Shown: positions 34,701 through 44,045 of the stretch, in pieces
Layout of the letters: every line of letters begins with the position of its first letter
Position numbering within the stretch: position 1 is the stretch's first letter
IMG/VR virus record: IMGVR_UViG_3300021963_000025
Coordinates: 64,001 to 128,000 of that record
DNA from: a virus
Lineage: Duplodnaviria > Heunggongvirae > Uroviricota > Caudoviricetes
Direction: 5' to 3' (one strand)
Length of the DNA stretch: 64,000 nucleotides
Translations under genes and position numbers: made by a program
The notes under the pieces: generated by a model
Told to the model about the DNA's origin: nothing
What the model saw: the letters and a program-made list of their open reading frames with translations, nothing else
Databases searched by the model: none

Positions 34701-35386
34701 TGAATCACGGAAAAGAATTCGAAAGATACGCAATGCTAGACAAGGGTGTAAGTTCAATGAACATGCACTACTATAAAAAACAAATCGAAAATTCAATGAC
34801 TCCATATATCTTGGAAGAGAGAGAAATGAGAGCAACTCAATTGGACATTTTTTCGAGATTAATGATGGATAGATTATTGTGGGTTGCAGGACCTGTGAAT
34901 GACAATATGTCAACTATAGTTCAAGCTCAATTAATGTTTTTAGATAGTACTGATGACCGAGATATAACGATGCATATTGACAGTCCTGGAGGTTCAGTAA
35001 AATCTGGACTTTCTATGGTCGATGTTATGGAATGGATTAAATCCGATATCAGAACTGTAAACACTGGTATGGCTGCTTCGATGGGTTCAGTACTACTAGG
35101 AGCTGGAACCAAAGGTAAAAGAAGTTCACTAAGACATTCAACAACGATGTTACACCAATCTTCAGGAGGATTCAGTGGAAATATACAAGACGCTGAAATC
35201 GACTGGGCAGAATGGCAAAAAGTTAACAAAGAACTATTTAATTTATTAGGAGCATATTGTGATAAAAAACCAGAACAGGTTATGAAAGATGCGACTAGAG
35301 ATTTATGGTTAAACGCCGAAGAAGCGCTTAGCTATGGTATAATCGACGAGATTATTAATCCTGGTAAATTAAAATCTAAAAAATAG
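34700..35386 (+). CDS. clpP: ATP-dependent Clp protease proteolytic subunit
   Basis: DIFSRLMMDR, IDSPGGSV, GMAASMG, MLHQ; Bacteroidota-style N-terminus. Confidence 0.95.
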   Translation: MNHGKEFERYAMLDKGVSSMNMHYYKKQIENSMTPYILEEREMRATQLDIFSRLMMDRLLWVAGPVNDNMSTIVQAQLMFLDSTDDRDITMHIDSPGGSVKSGLSMVDVMEWIKSDIRTVNTGMAASMGSVLLGAGTKGKRSSLRHSTTMLHQSSGGFSGNIQDAEIDWAEWQKVNKELFNLLGAYCDKKPEQVMKDATRDLWLNAEEALSYGIIDEIINPGKLKSKK

Positions 35387-35584
35387 ATGAAAGTCCATAT
35401 ATATGTACACGCCGAAGAGCTTGAATACTTGAACAAAATAATCAAAGGAAAGGCAGAAGCAGGAGAATACAAAGTTACGATATCTCCAATATACTTTAAA
35501 GATTCATACTTAATTGATATGCCCTATTCCGATTTTGTAAGATTAAACGACCAAAAAACATTTACTTCATTAATTTCATTATGA
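35387..35584 (+). CDS. Hypothetical protein
   Basis: 65-aa ORF abutting clpP. Confidence 0.55.
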   Translation: MKVHIYVHAEELEYLNKIIKGKAEAGEYKVTISPIYFKDSYLIDMPYSDFVRLNDQKTFTSLISL

Positions 35585-35892
35585 CGAACAGAGAAAAACA
35601 AAGAGAATTATTTGTTGAATTAATTAACCATCAACTCAAGGACCACGGCGTAACATACGAAGATGTTAAAACCAATCCATCATGGTACATGGAATATAAG
35701 ACTACTCCAGAGAAGGAAGAGGCATTTATTAAATATGCTGTCGAAAGAATCAGAGAAGTCCTTAAAATTTCAAAAGCTGCTGCCGAAAAAGAGGCAAGCT
35801 GGTTTATTCTACAATGGGGACTAACAACTGTTAACCCTAGAAAAACTCCAAACAAGGTGCAAACTGACGTTTCTAAAAGAACCAAATCTTAG
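35581..35892 (+). CDS. Hypothetical protein
   Basis: 103-aa coupled ORF. Confidence 0.6.
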   Translation: MTNREKQRELFVELINHQLKDHGVTYEDVKTNPSWYMEYKTTPEKEEAFIKYAVERIREVLKISKAAAEKEASWFILQWGLTTVNPRKTPNKVQTDVSKRTKS

Positions 35893-35953
35893 ATTATAGT
35901 AATATAAAGAAGGAATACTCATACCACCTATTATTCTTGAGATAAATACAGGT

Positions 35954-36655
35954 ATGAACGTCTTTGAACCTAATTGGCTAACTGAGCCTCCTCATGACTA
36001 TGAGCTAAAATATTACAAGTTATTAGCCGGAATCGATAAAATTAAAAAATTGATTTCTGCTAATAGTTTGTATTCTGCTATTTTAGAGGTAGAGACCGAA
36101 CTTGAAAAGTTATACAATATCAAATACGGTAAAGACGAAATTGAAAGCAAAACTAGAATAATCACTGGAATCGATGTTGATACAATGTCACTAAAATACG
36201 ATTATCCAGAAGAAAGCGAGGCAATCAATTCAATGTATGATGTATGTGATATTGCAATTGATAAATTAGAAGACCTATATCGAGTTATCCGAGATAAATG
36301 GAGACTTGTAGAATCTCAATGCACAATAACTGAAATTCCTGATAAAAAGCATCTCAACACTAAAGGGTATATTTTTTACATTGACGTTACCAGTCAAAAA
36401 ATCCACGTCTATTCTTATGTGGAACCTTCATCTTTTAAAATAAACTGGAGCGAGTTTCAACTAAAAAAAGTTGAAGAGCTAGAGAACTCAATTAAAGAAA
36501 TTTCTAAATTCATCGAAAAGGCAGAATTGGAAAGCACTTCTTATAGATTCTTTAGATTCGATACAAAATTTAAAACAGCCGCCCCACCATATGCTGATTG
36601 TATGTTACCAATTATGAAGAGCATGCTCTTCAACCGAATCAAACATGGTATCTAA
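35954..36655 (+). CDS. Hypothetical protein
   Basis: 233-aa ORF after GATAAATA (35941). Confidence 0.65.
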   Translation: MNVFEPNWLTEPPHDYELKYYKLLAGIDKIKKLISANSLYSAILEVETELEKLYNIKYGKDEIESKTRIITGIDVDTMSLKYDYPEESEAINSMYDVCDIAIDKLEDLYRVIRDKWRLVESQCTITEIPDKKHLNTKGYIFYIDVTSQKIHVYSYVEPSSFKINWSEFQLKKVEELENSIKEISKFIEKAELESTSYRFFRFDTKFKTAAPPYADCMLPIMKSMLFNRIKHGI

Positions 36656-36693
36656 AATATATAAACTAGTTTCATTTTTATAATATAACTAAT

Positions 36694-38532
36694 ATGAAAA
36701 TTAGTATAATAACGCGATGTACTCGTACTCAAAATTTGGAGATTATTAAAGAATCTATTTTTAATAACGTTCCAAATGGATTCAACCTGACATGGCACAT
36801 TTTATTCGACACTGCCGTCCTTAAGGACATCGATGCAGAACTATTAAGTCGACTTAACACTGATAATATAGTACTCCATTTTAAAAAGGGAGATGAATGG
36901 GGAAATTGGAATCGATTAAATGATTTAATCCAACAAATTTCTGGATGGATTTATAATTTAGATGATGACAACATCCTTCATGAAGATTTCTATCAAAAAG
37001 TTTCTGAAACAATAGCCAATAATCCAAAATGCTTGGGTTTAATATTCTCACAAAAGGTTGGAGGAATCGATTTTTCAGGAGTTGATGTTAGAGAAGCAGA
37101 CCCAAAAAATACAGTTGTCCAAAAAATTGATTTGGCGCAATGGTTAATACATTCAGAACTTCACTTAAATAATCTATATGGCAGCGGTTACCGAGCAGAC
37201 GGTGAATTTATAGAATCTCTGTATAAAGAGAATCCGGATTCTTTCGTTTTTATCAAAGACATATTATGTTATTATAATGCATTAGAAAAGAAGTCAACCG
37301 CAAAAGTTCCAAAAATTCTTTATGTTGGAACTGATAAGCCAGAACTTAAGTCTTTAAAAATATTAGACTATGAGGCAGACAATCTTGAAGTACTTCATTT
37401 AGAATCTGATGAGAATATTGGAGAACATTTGGCATCATTTAAACCAGATTGTATAATTACAAGAGAGGAACATTGGAACAGATTTAAAAACATGGCGTCA
37501 ATGCCACTCCAGTTTCGTAGAAAATGGATTAATCTTTCTGAAAATGAGTCAATTGAACATGTCGGGCAAATAGCATACCAATGTTCTATGGAGAGTATGT
37601 TGAACCCAGATGGATTGGAAGACAGCTCAATGATTTCATATTTTACCCCAATATATAATACTGGAGATAAACTATTCAATACCTACCAATCCTTGGTGAA
37701 TCAAACGTACAGCAATTGGGAATGGGTAATTGTAAATGATTCGACGGATGGAGGTAAAACATTAAAAATAGCAGAATCTATCGCGGCAAAAGACCCGAGA
37801 GTACGCCTTTACGATTTTAGAGAAAAGAGTGGTGGTAATATTGGTGAGGTTAAATGGAGATGTTGTGCACTTGCTAGAGGGTTTATTTTAGCAGAATTAG
37901 ACCATGACGATTTATTAGTTCCATGGTGTACCGAAGACCTTTATAAAGCGGCTAAAAAACATCCAGAAGCTGGATTCTTTTTTAACGATACGGTTGAAGT
38001 TGACGAGAACTGGAATTCTTTAACATATCCTGATGGATTTGCTCTTGGATATGGTTCATACCGAAAGGAAGAGTATGCTGGAAAGATGATGGATGTTTCT
38101 AATCAGCAAAATATTAATCCTAAAACAATTAGACATATAGTTGGAGTTCCAAATCATGTAAGAGCTTGGAGACGTTCTACCTATTTTGAAATTGGAGGAC
38201 ATAATAGAAGTCTTACAATAGCCGATGATTACGAATTGGTTGTAAGAACCTTCTTAAAAACAATAACATGTAAAATACCAAAACTAGGATACGTTCAATT
38301 CTTGTACAATAATGCAAATGGACAAAATACTCACAATTTATCCAGAGCAGATATTCAAAGAAGAGTTCGAACAATAGGTTACTACTATAACGAGCAAATT
38401 AAAAAACGTTTCGAAGAGTTAGGATTAAAAGATTGGGCTTATGATGAAAATCCAGGAGCACCGTTAAATACTGTTTCAAGATATGGCCAAGAAGAGATGG
38501 CCGCAAATATAATATACAACGAATATGACTGA
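36694..38532 (+). CDS. Glycosyltransferase with two GT2 (GT-A) domains
   Basis: ISIITRCTR..YNLDDDN; FTPIYNT..WEWVIVNDSTD..AELDHDD..ADDYEL. Confidence 0.85.
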   Translation: MKISIITRCTRTQNLEIIKESIFNNVPNGFNLTWHILFDTAVLKDIDAELLSRLNTDNIVLHFKKGDEWGNWNRLNDLIQQISGWIYNLDDDNILHEDFYQKVSETIANNPKCLGLIFSQKVGGIDFSGVDVREADPKNTVVQKIDLAQWLIHSELHLNNLYGSGYRADGEFIESLYKENPDSFVFIKDILCYYNALEKKSTAKVPKILYVGTDKPELKSLKILDYEADNLEVLHLESDENIGEHLASFKPDCIITREEHWNRFKNMASMPLQFRRKWINLSENESIEHVGQIAYQCSMESMLNPDGLEDSSMISYFTPIYNTGDKLFNTYQSLVNQTYSNWEWVIVNDSTDGGKTLKIAESIAAKDPRVRLYDFREKSGGNIGEVKWRCCALARGFILAELDHDDLLVPWCTEDLYKAAKKHPEAGFFFNDTVEVDENWNSLTYPDGFALGYGSYRKEEYAGKMMDVSNQQNINPKTIRHIVGVPNHVRAWRRSTYFEIGGHNRSLTIADDYELVVRTFLKTITCKIPKLGYVQFLYNNANGQNTHNLSRADIQRRVRTIGYYYNEQIKKRFEELGLKDWAYDENPGAPLNTVSRYGQEEMAANIIYNEYD

Positions 38533-38743
38533 TACTTTTGTAAAAATTTGGGTTCATAATAGAGAATCTGATTTAATGATGGATTTTTTATTAGATAGAG
38601 TTTCTGAACCACCCCACTACATAATTGACTATAAAGAGGTGCCAAAATCTATCACAGGAGGGTGGATTGAAATGAATATAACGTATGAAAGGTACCTTAA
38701 ACTTCGACAGTCTCATGACCATGTAGATACTACTCACATGTAA
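38525..38743 (+). CDS. Hypothetical protein
   Basis: 72-aa coupled ORF. Confidence 0.55.
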   Translation: MTDTFVKIWVHNRESDLMMDFLLDRVSEPPHYIIDYKEVPKSITGGWIEMNITYERYLKLRQSHDHVDTTHM

Positions 38744-38774
38744 ACTTTTTTATTTTTTCATATATAATTAGTAT

Positions 38775-39023
38775 ATGGCAAAAGATAAAAAAGAACCTAA
38801 AATGTATGTAGTTAAACCAAAGATTGGCGAGGACTACTATTTTAAATTCGCTGGAAGTATCATGTATGGTCCAATAGTTTCATTAAATGAAGCATTGACT
38901 AAAATCCATGGAGTTCCTCACTATTGGCTGACTCAAAAGTCAGATAAAAGTGCGAAAAAATGCACATATCCAGTATCAATTTATAAGATTTTTAAAGATT
39001 TAAACGACTCAAAGAATGTATAA
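38775..39023 (+). CDS. Hypothetical protein
   Basis: 82-aa ORF. Confidence 0.55.
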   Translation: MAKDKKEPKMYVVKPKIGEDYYFKFAGSIMYGPIVSLNEALTKIHGVPHYWLTQKSDKSAKKCTYPVSIYKIFKDLNDSKNV

Positions 39024-39747
39024 TACCACCGAATTAAAGTCAATGTTATTTATTGACATTGAAACAACTTCAGAATATCCAACTTATGAAGAATTTTGTT
39101 CTAAAAGACCGGGAGCAGTAAAGCACTGGGCAAAAAAAGCAGAACAACACAGAAATTCTGAATCCCATTTAGCAGAACTTTCAGATGCTGAAATGTATAC
39201 TCACATGTCAGCTCTTAGTCCTGAATTTAGCAAGGTTATTGTAATTTCTATGGGACAAATTAAATTTCTAGATAATTTTATAACATCAAAAATCCGTTCG
39301 TTTTACGGAGATAATGAGCGAGAAATTCTTAAAGAGTTTATGGGTACGGCGCAAGCTGTTTTTAATCAAAGTCCTTCAATTCAATTTACTGGACATAATA
39401 TTAAAAACTTTGATTTTCCGTATCTATTAAAACGAGCTATTGTGAACGGAGTTGCGACACCCCATCAATTTCATTTACAAAAGAAAAAACCATGGGAAAA
39501 CTGTCTTGTAGATACCTATGAAATTTGGAAATTTGCAGGTTGGAATAGCGCATCTCTAGATTTGATTTGCGATACTCTAAATATTCCATCTCCTAAAACT
39601 ATAATGGAGGCAAGTAGCACTACTGAAGAGTATTGGAATGGTAATCTTGAAAAGATAAAAACATATTGCGAAGGAGATGTTAAAGCAACTATGAACGTGA
39701 TGCTTAAAATATCCGGAATGGATATGGTTGATGAAGTACCATTTTAA
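39016..39747 (+). CDS. DEDDy 3'-5' exonuclease (PolB-exonuclease-related)
   Basis: FIDIET, GHNIKNFDFPY, YCEGDV. Confidence 0.9.
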   Translation: MYNTTELKSMLFIDIETTSEYPTYEEFCSKRPGAVKHWAKKAEQHRNSESHLAELSDAEMYTHMSALSPEFSKVIVISMGQIKFLDNFITSKIRSFYGDNEREILKEFMGTAQAVFNQSPSIQFTGHNIKNFDFPYLLKRAIVNGVATPHQFHLQKKKPWENCLVDTYEIWKFAGWNSASLDLICDTLNIPSPKTIMEASSTTEEYWNGNLEKIKTYCEGDVKATMNVMLKISGMDMVDEVPF

Positions 39748-39774
39748 ATTGTTAATAACTTTTTAAATAAAAGT

Positions 39775-39807
39775 TTTACCGTGTCAGGAATTTGTATTAT
39801 ATTTACA
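39775..39807 (+). promoter_or_regulatory. Bacteroidota-type early promoter
   Basis: TTTA-N19-TATATTTACA; upstream AATTGTTAATAAC. Confidence 0.8.
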
Positions 39808-39830
39808 TATCAAATTAAAACCTTATAATC

Positions 39831-40121
39831 ATGGACGAAAACTTTGACCTTTTTGAAGACCAAGAAAACGAAATCGACACTATTAAAAAAGAAGCCGAAA
39901 TGAATAACATAATGTATGATTTGAAAATCAAACTTGCAAATGAGAATTATGATTCGATAATTTCTAAAGGAGTTGATTTTAAATTAATGGAAAGACAAAA
40001 CATCGAGATTGAACCCGTTGTTAAAATTCTCGGAGACATGTTAGAGCTCTTTGAAGAGCTTGAAGAGTACGAAAAGTGCGCAGAAATAAATAAAATACTT
40101 AAGAAAGCGCCGGTCCTATAA
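39831..40121 (+). CDS. Small protein with a C-terminal UVR-like motif
   Basis: Ends ELEEYEKCAEINKILKK. Confidence 0.65.
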   Translation: MDENFDLFEDQENEIDTIKKEAEMNNIMYDLKIKLANENYDSIISKGVDFKLMERQNIEIEPVVKILGDMLELFEELEEYEKCAEINKILKKAPVL

Positions 40122-40132
40122 GACCGGTTTTT
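40110..40132 (+). terminator. Rho-independent terminator
   Basis: ccggtc-ctataa-gaccgg followed by a T-tract. Confidence 0.7.
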
Positions 40133-40167
40133 CTTTAATATATAACATACTAATAAAGTATATCAAT

Positions 40168-40377
40168 ATGGACGAGGAAATATTAAAGAAGATTGCGGAC
40201 AGTCTAGAAAGAATCGCAATTTGCATGGAAAATAAACAATTGAGAGAGATTGCAACCTATCGAAAAGGTCAGGCTGCCCTTATTGCTGAGAAAAAAGCAG
40301 ATAATAAAAAGCAGGCAAAATCTCAACCAATTATTCCAGTAGTAAAACAAACAGTTAGAGTTAGAAAATCCAATTAA
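40168..40377 (+). CDS. Hypothetical basic protein
   Basis: 69-aa ORF. Confidence 0.55.
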   Translation: MDEEILKKIADSLERIAICMENKQLREIATYRKGQAALIAEKKADNKKQAKSQPIIPVVKQTVRVRKSN

Positions 40378-40386
40378 TAAACTCTA

Positions 40387-41214
40387 ATGAATTACTACGA
40401 AACTCTTAACGTTTCAAAAGATGCCACTCCAGAAGAAATCAAAAAATCTTATAGGAAGCTTGTAAAAGAGCATCATCCCGACAAAACAGGGGGAGACGAT
40501 TCAAAATTTAAACAAATATCCGAAGCATACGAAACTCTTTCTGACCCTGTCAAAAAAGAGCAATATGATAATAAGTCTAGTGGATATTCCTCATTCAATA
40601 ACTTCCGCAGAAATCAGGAATACACATCAGCTTGGCAAAGTGCATTTTCCGGGTTTGGTGGTGATTTTAGTGACATGTTTAATCAGTCATTCGGCGGAGA
40701 GGCAAAAGGATATGACGTCCGAATTTCAATTAGCATAACTCTCGAAGAATGTTACGAAGGTGTTAGAAAGTATATTGACGTCGGGACAGGTGGATTTAAT
40801 ATCAATGTCCCTCGAGGAATTCCAAATGGAACAAAACTTAAGATTCCAGGTAGAGGAGCTAGCCATCCTATAAATTCATCTGCACCTCCTGGTGATATTA
40901 TTCTGACTGTCAATGTTTTACCAGACCCTGAACTTATTGTTAACGGAAGTGATATTTATGTTGACTTAAACCTAAGCTGGATTGACCTCTTACTTGGAGG
41001 AGAATTTGAAGTCCATACCAAACTAAATTCCATAAAAATTAAGGTTCCTCAAGGTTCCCATGATTCAAAACTCCTGCGAGTTGTTGGAAAAGGAATGCCA
41101 ATATATAACGCAGAAGGATTCGGAAATCTTATGGTAAAACTTAGAACACTTCCCGTAAATTTATCCGAATCTGAAATAGAATTACTCAAAAAAATAAAAA
41201 ATCAAAATGAGTAG
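40387..41214 (+). CDS. dnaJ: DnaJ-class (type II) co-chaperone
   Basis: NYYETL..IKKSYRKL..HHPDK J-domain, G/F-rich region, C-terminal domain, no Zn finger. Confidence 0.92.
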   Translation: MNYYETLNVSKDATPEEIKKSYRKLVKEHHPDKTGGDDSKFKQISEAYETLSDPVKKEQYDNKSSGYSSFNNFRRNQEYTSAWQSAFSGFGGDFSDMFNQSFGGEAKGYDVRISISITLEECYEGVRKYIDVGTGGFNINVPRGIPNGTKLKIPGRGASHPINSSAPPGDIILTVNVLPDPELIVNGSDIYVDLNLSWIDLLLGGEFEVHTKLNSIKIKVPQGSHDSKLLRVVGKGMPIYNAEGFGNLMVKLRTLPVNLSESEIELLKKIKNQNE

Positions 41215-41461
41215 CATTGAAGAAAGTCCGGAAGAATCTAGAAAATTTATAAAAAAACTACACGAGGCCTCCAAAGAAGACATGATGGATGCAATGTACT
41301 CCTCTATTATTAATGGCAGAATGGGTGCCTTAAAGTATGATGGAAGTATTAAAGAAAAAATAGAAGGAGTCCAAACAGTTCTTAATTTTTTTAAAGAGAA
41401 TGAAGACTATGAAAAATGTAAAGAACTCAAGAAAATTATCGATGACCTATCGGTAATATAA
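41207..41461 (+). CDS. Small protein with a C-terminal UVR-like motif
   Basis: Ends ENEDYEKCKELKKIIDDL. Confidence 0.65.
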   Translation: MSSIEESPEESRKFIKKLHEASKEDMMDAMYSSIINGRMGALKYDGSIKEKIEGVQTVLNFFKENEDYEKCKELKKIIDDLSVI

Positions 41462-41555
41462 TATAGTAACCTTTTTAGGCCGGTTATACCAGAAATAGCC
41501 ATCTATTAATATATACTATATGCAACAATTGTTGCTTTAAAAACATTACGGCAAG

Positions 41556-41813
41556 ATGGGAGATATAACAGGGGAGGAAAGAGATTCTCTGATGAGGTCC
41601 AGCTACTACATACTTACTAGAAATTTTACAAAAACCATTAATAGATTTGTTGTTTATAATGATGGTAGTCACACAATAGACATTCCGCACGGAATCGGGC
41701 AGCGAAGTAAATTCGTAGATGTCCTAATAGAATATTTTGTTGAGTTAGAGGAATATGAAAAATGTGAATCGCTCAAAAAATTAAAAGAGCTAGTCATGAT
41801 GACTGGCGACTAA
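41556..41813 (+). CDS. Small protein with a C-terminal UVR-like motif
   Basis: Ends ELEEYEKCESLKKLKEL. Confidence 0.65.
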   Translation: MGDITGEERDSLMRSSYYILTRNFTKTINRFVVYNDGSHTIDIPHGIGQRSKFVDVLIEYFVELEEYEKCESLKKLKELVMMTGD

Positions 41814-41829
41814 ATATATACAAATTTGT

Positions 41830-42585
41830 ATGCAAAAAAGAACGGTGGAAAGTAAATCAAGGTCAACTAAGGCAAAACCAAAAACTACAACTTCTAATCC
41901 GGTTGGAAGACCTAAAAAGACAGTAGTTAAAGAATTAGATTTGGTAGGAGTTCAATTAAAACCAGGACAATATGATTATTTTGAAAAAATTAAAAAGAAT
42001 GAAATAACATTCTGTTCAGGTCCAGCAGGTACTTCAAAAACATTTACTGCATGCTACACTTCACTATGGTTACTAGCAACTCAAGCAGTTTCAAAAATTA
42101 TATTATGTAAGCCAATTCAAGAATCCGGAGAAAAACTTGGATTCTTACCTGGAGATATTGCAGACAAGGTCGACCCTTACATGCAATCATACATTTCGAA
42201 CTTTAAAAAAATAGTAGGTGACGAATTAACAGAAGGACTAATTGCTTCAGGCGCTATTGAATTTAAGCCACTTGCATTTATGAGAGGTGATACATTTGAC
42301 GATTCATTCATGATTCTAGACGAAGCCCAAAATGCTTCATTTAAGCAATTAATGTTATTTACAACCCGTATGGGTAAAAATTCTAAAGTTCTGGTAACTG
42401 GAGATGTTAGTCAATATGATATACCAAAAGCAAGTGCCGGACTTCCAGGATTCATGCAATTGATGAAAGGAATTAAAGGAACTGCAGAACATGTTTTTGA
42501 GAATAAAGATATTGTAAGAGCTAAAATACTTCAAGACGTTGTAGACCGATACGACAAATGGAGAGTTGAAAATCCTGAAAAATAA
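41830..42585 (+). CDS. phoH: PhoH-family ATPase
   Basis: GPAGTSKT, LGFLPG, FMRGDTF, ILDEAQN, TGDVSQ. Confidence 0.95.
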   Translation: MQKRTVESKSRSTKAKPKTTTSNPVGRPKKTVVKELDLVGVQLKPGQYDYFEKIKKNEITFCSGPAGTSKTFTACYTSLWLLATQAVSKIILCKPIQESGEKLGFLPGDIADKVDPYMQSYISNFKKIVGDELTEGLIASGAIEFKPLAFMRGDTFDDSFMILDEAQNASFKQLMLFTTRMGKNSKVLVTGDVSQYDIPKASAGLPGFMQLMKGIKGTAEHVFENKDIVRAKILQDVVDRYDKWRVENPEK

Positions 42586-42599
42586 GAAACTATCTGGAA

Positions 42600-42635
42600 T
42601 CCATCTATATAATACTTATAAAATATATAGATGGA
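42600..42635. promoter_or_regulatory. 12-bp hairpin covering the RNase HII start codon
   Basis: tccatctatata / tatatagatgga; ATG at 42631 lies in the right arm. Confidence 0.7.
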
Positions 42636-43263
42636 AACCAGACAAATACTACTAAAGCACTCCTACTCAGGAGACGAATCAATCATAGAAATTGGTGTTG
42701 ATGAGGCCGGCCGAGGTTCACTAAGTGGACCTGTTACGGTTGCCGCATGCATAATGCCATTTGGATTTGAAAACCCTCTAATCAAAGATTCAAAACTATT
42801 AAACGAACAACAGAGAAAAGATGCTCGTAGAATCATTGAGGAAAACGCAATTGCGTATCACATTGAACATATCTCTCCTGAAGATATTGAAGCAACTAAT
42901 ATCTTAAAAGCAACCTTAATTGGAATGCAAAGATGTTTAGAAGGGGTACAAAAGACAAATCAATTTAACTTTATTTTAATCGATGGCGATCAATTCCATG
43001 GATTCGAGGGAATTCCTTTTGAAACTGTGGTAGGAGGAGACAATAAATACATATCAATTGCAGCAGCCAGTATTTTAGCCAAAACTGAACGGGATTCTGT
43101 AATGAAAGATTTGGACATTGAGATCCCTGGATATGGTTGGAATTCAAATAAAGGATATGGGACTAAGCAACATATTGATGCAATTAAAACATTAGGTCCT
43201 AGTAAACAACACCGTATGAGTTTCATTTCTCATCTACTAACCGAAACTGGAGCCCTATTTTGA
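42631..43263 (+). CDS. rnhB: Ribonuclease HII
   Basis: GVDEAGRG, DSKLL, LIDG, IAAASILAK, GYGT..H. Confidence 0.95.
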   Translation: METRQILLKHSYSGDESIIEIGVDEAGRGSLSGPVTVAACIMPFGFENPLIKDSKLLNEQQRKDARRIIEENAIAYHIEHISPEDIEATNILKATLIGMQRCLEGVQKTNQFNFILIDGDQFHGFEGIPFETVVGGDNKYISIAAASILAKTERDSVMKDLDIEIPGYGWNSNKGYGTKQHIDAIKTLGPSKQHRMSFISHLLTETGALF

Positions 43264-43604
43264 GAGCGCTAATTTATGGTATTCTTTTGTTCTTGTTCGG
43301 ACAATCGTTTATATGGTTTCAAACGAATGGTCAGTTTATTTGGCCATGGTTTAAAAAGAATCCGCTCCTAGTTGCAATAATAGGAGGTTCAACAATATCA
43401 TACGTCTTTATAGTAGCGACTAGAATGATTGCAGAATATTATGATGGTCAACTCTGGCCTGGTAGATTTATTGGATTTGCAATGGGTATGATTTCTTTTT
43501 CAGTCCTAACTTATTTGATAATGGATGAACCTTTAAATGCAAAGACCATAATTTGTTTACTACTTTCACTTGTTATCATTTGTGTCCAGTTATTCTGGAA
43601 GTAA
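43260..43604 (+). CDS. Four-TM membrane protein (SMR/DMT-like size)
   Basis: TTG start; four hydrophobic helices in 114 aa. Confidence 0.6.
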   Translation: MRALIYGILLFLFGQSFIWFQTNGQFIWPWFKKNPLLVAIIGGSTISYVFIVATRMIAEYYDGQLWPGRFIGFAMGMISFSVLTYLIMDEPLNAKTIICLLLSLVIICVQLFWK

Positions 43605-43640
43605 ATTGTTAATAACTTTTTTAAATTATTTGCCCGGCAT

Positions 43641-43673
43641 TTTCATATGTCGGGTTTTTTGATTATATTTACA
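43641..43673 (+). promoter_or_regulatory. Early promoter overlapped by a terminator hairpin (43633-43660)
   Basis: TTTC-N19-TATATTTACA; cccggca..tgtcggg followed by a T-tract. Confidence 0.8.
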
Positions 43674-43696
43674 TATCTAATTAAAACAAAAAAATC

Positions 43697-43966
43697 ATGA
43701 CACACACCGAATTTATTTTAGTAGCAAATCAAGACATTAAAGAATTTAGTAGAGGTATTGAAGTAGTAAGTATTGCAAAAGGAAGTAGTATTACGGTTAC
43801 CGAAGAGGTATTTAATAAACTACAGAAAAATGAGACCATTAAAATCTATACTAGAGAAGGTATATTAGAGTATGATAAGTATATGTTCGAAAATGAGGTC
43901 AATTATACGGCAGTAACTATTGAATATGGTACTAGAAAACTTGGACAAAGAAAAAATAAACTTTAA
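43697..43966 (+). CDS. Hypothetical early protein
   Basis: ORF after an early promoter. Confidence 0.65.
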   Translation: MTHTEFILVANQDIKEFSRGIEVVSIAKGSSITVTEEVFNKLQKNETIKIYTREGILEYDKYMFENEVNYTAVTIEYGTRKLGQRKNKL

Positions 43967-43987
43967 CAAAACTTTAACACTTAAAGT

Positions 43988-44020
43988 TTTCCCGATTCAA
44001 CAATATTGATTATATTTACA
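43988..44020 (+). promoter_or_regulatory. Bacteroidota-type early promoter
   Basis: TTTC-N19-TATATTTACA; TTAACA repeat at 43958-43980. Confidence 0.8.
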
Positions 44021-44045
44021 TATCTAATTAAAACAAAGAAATATT

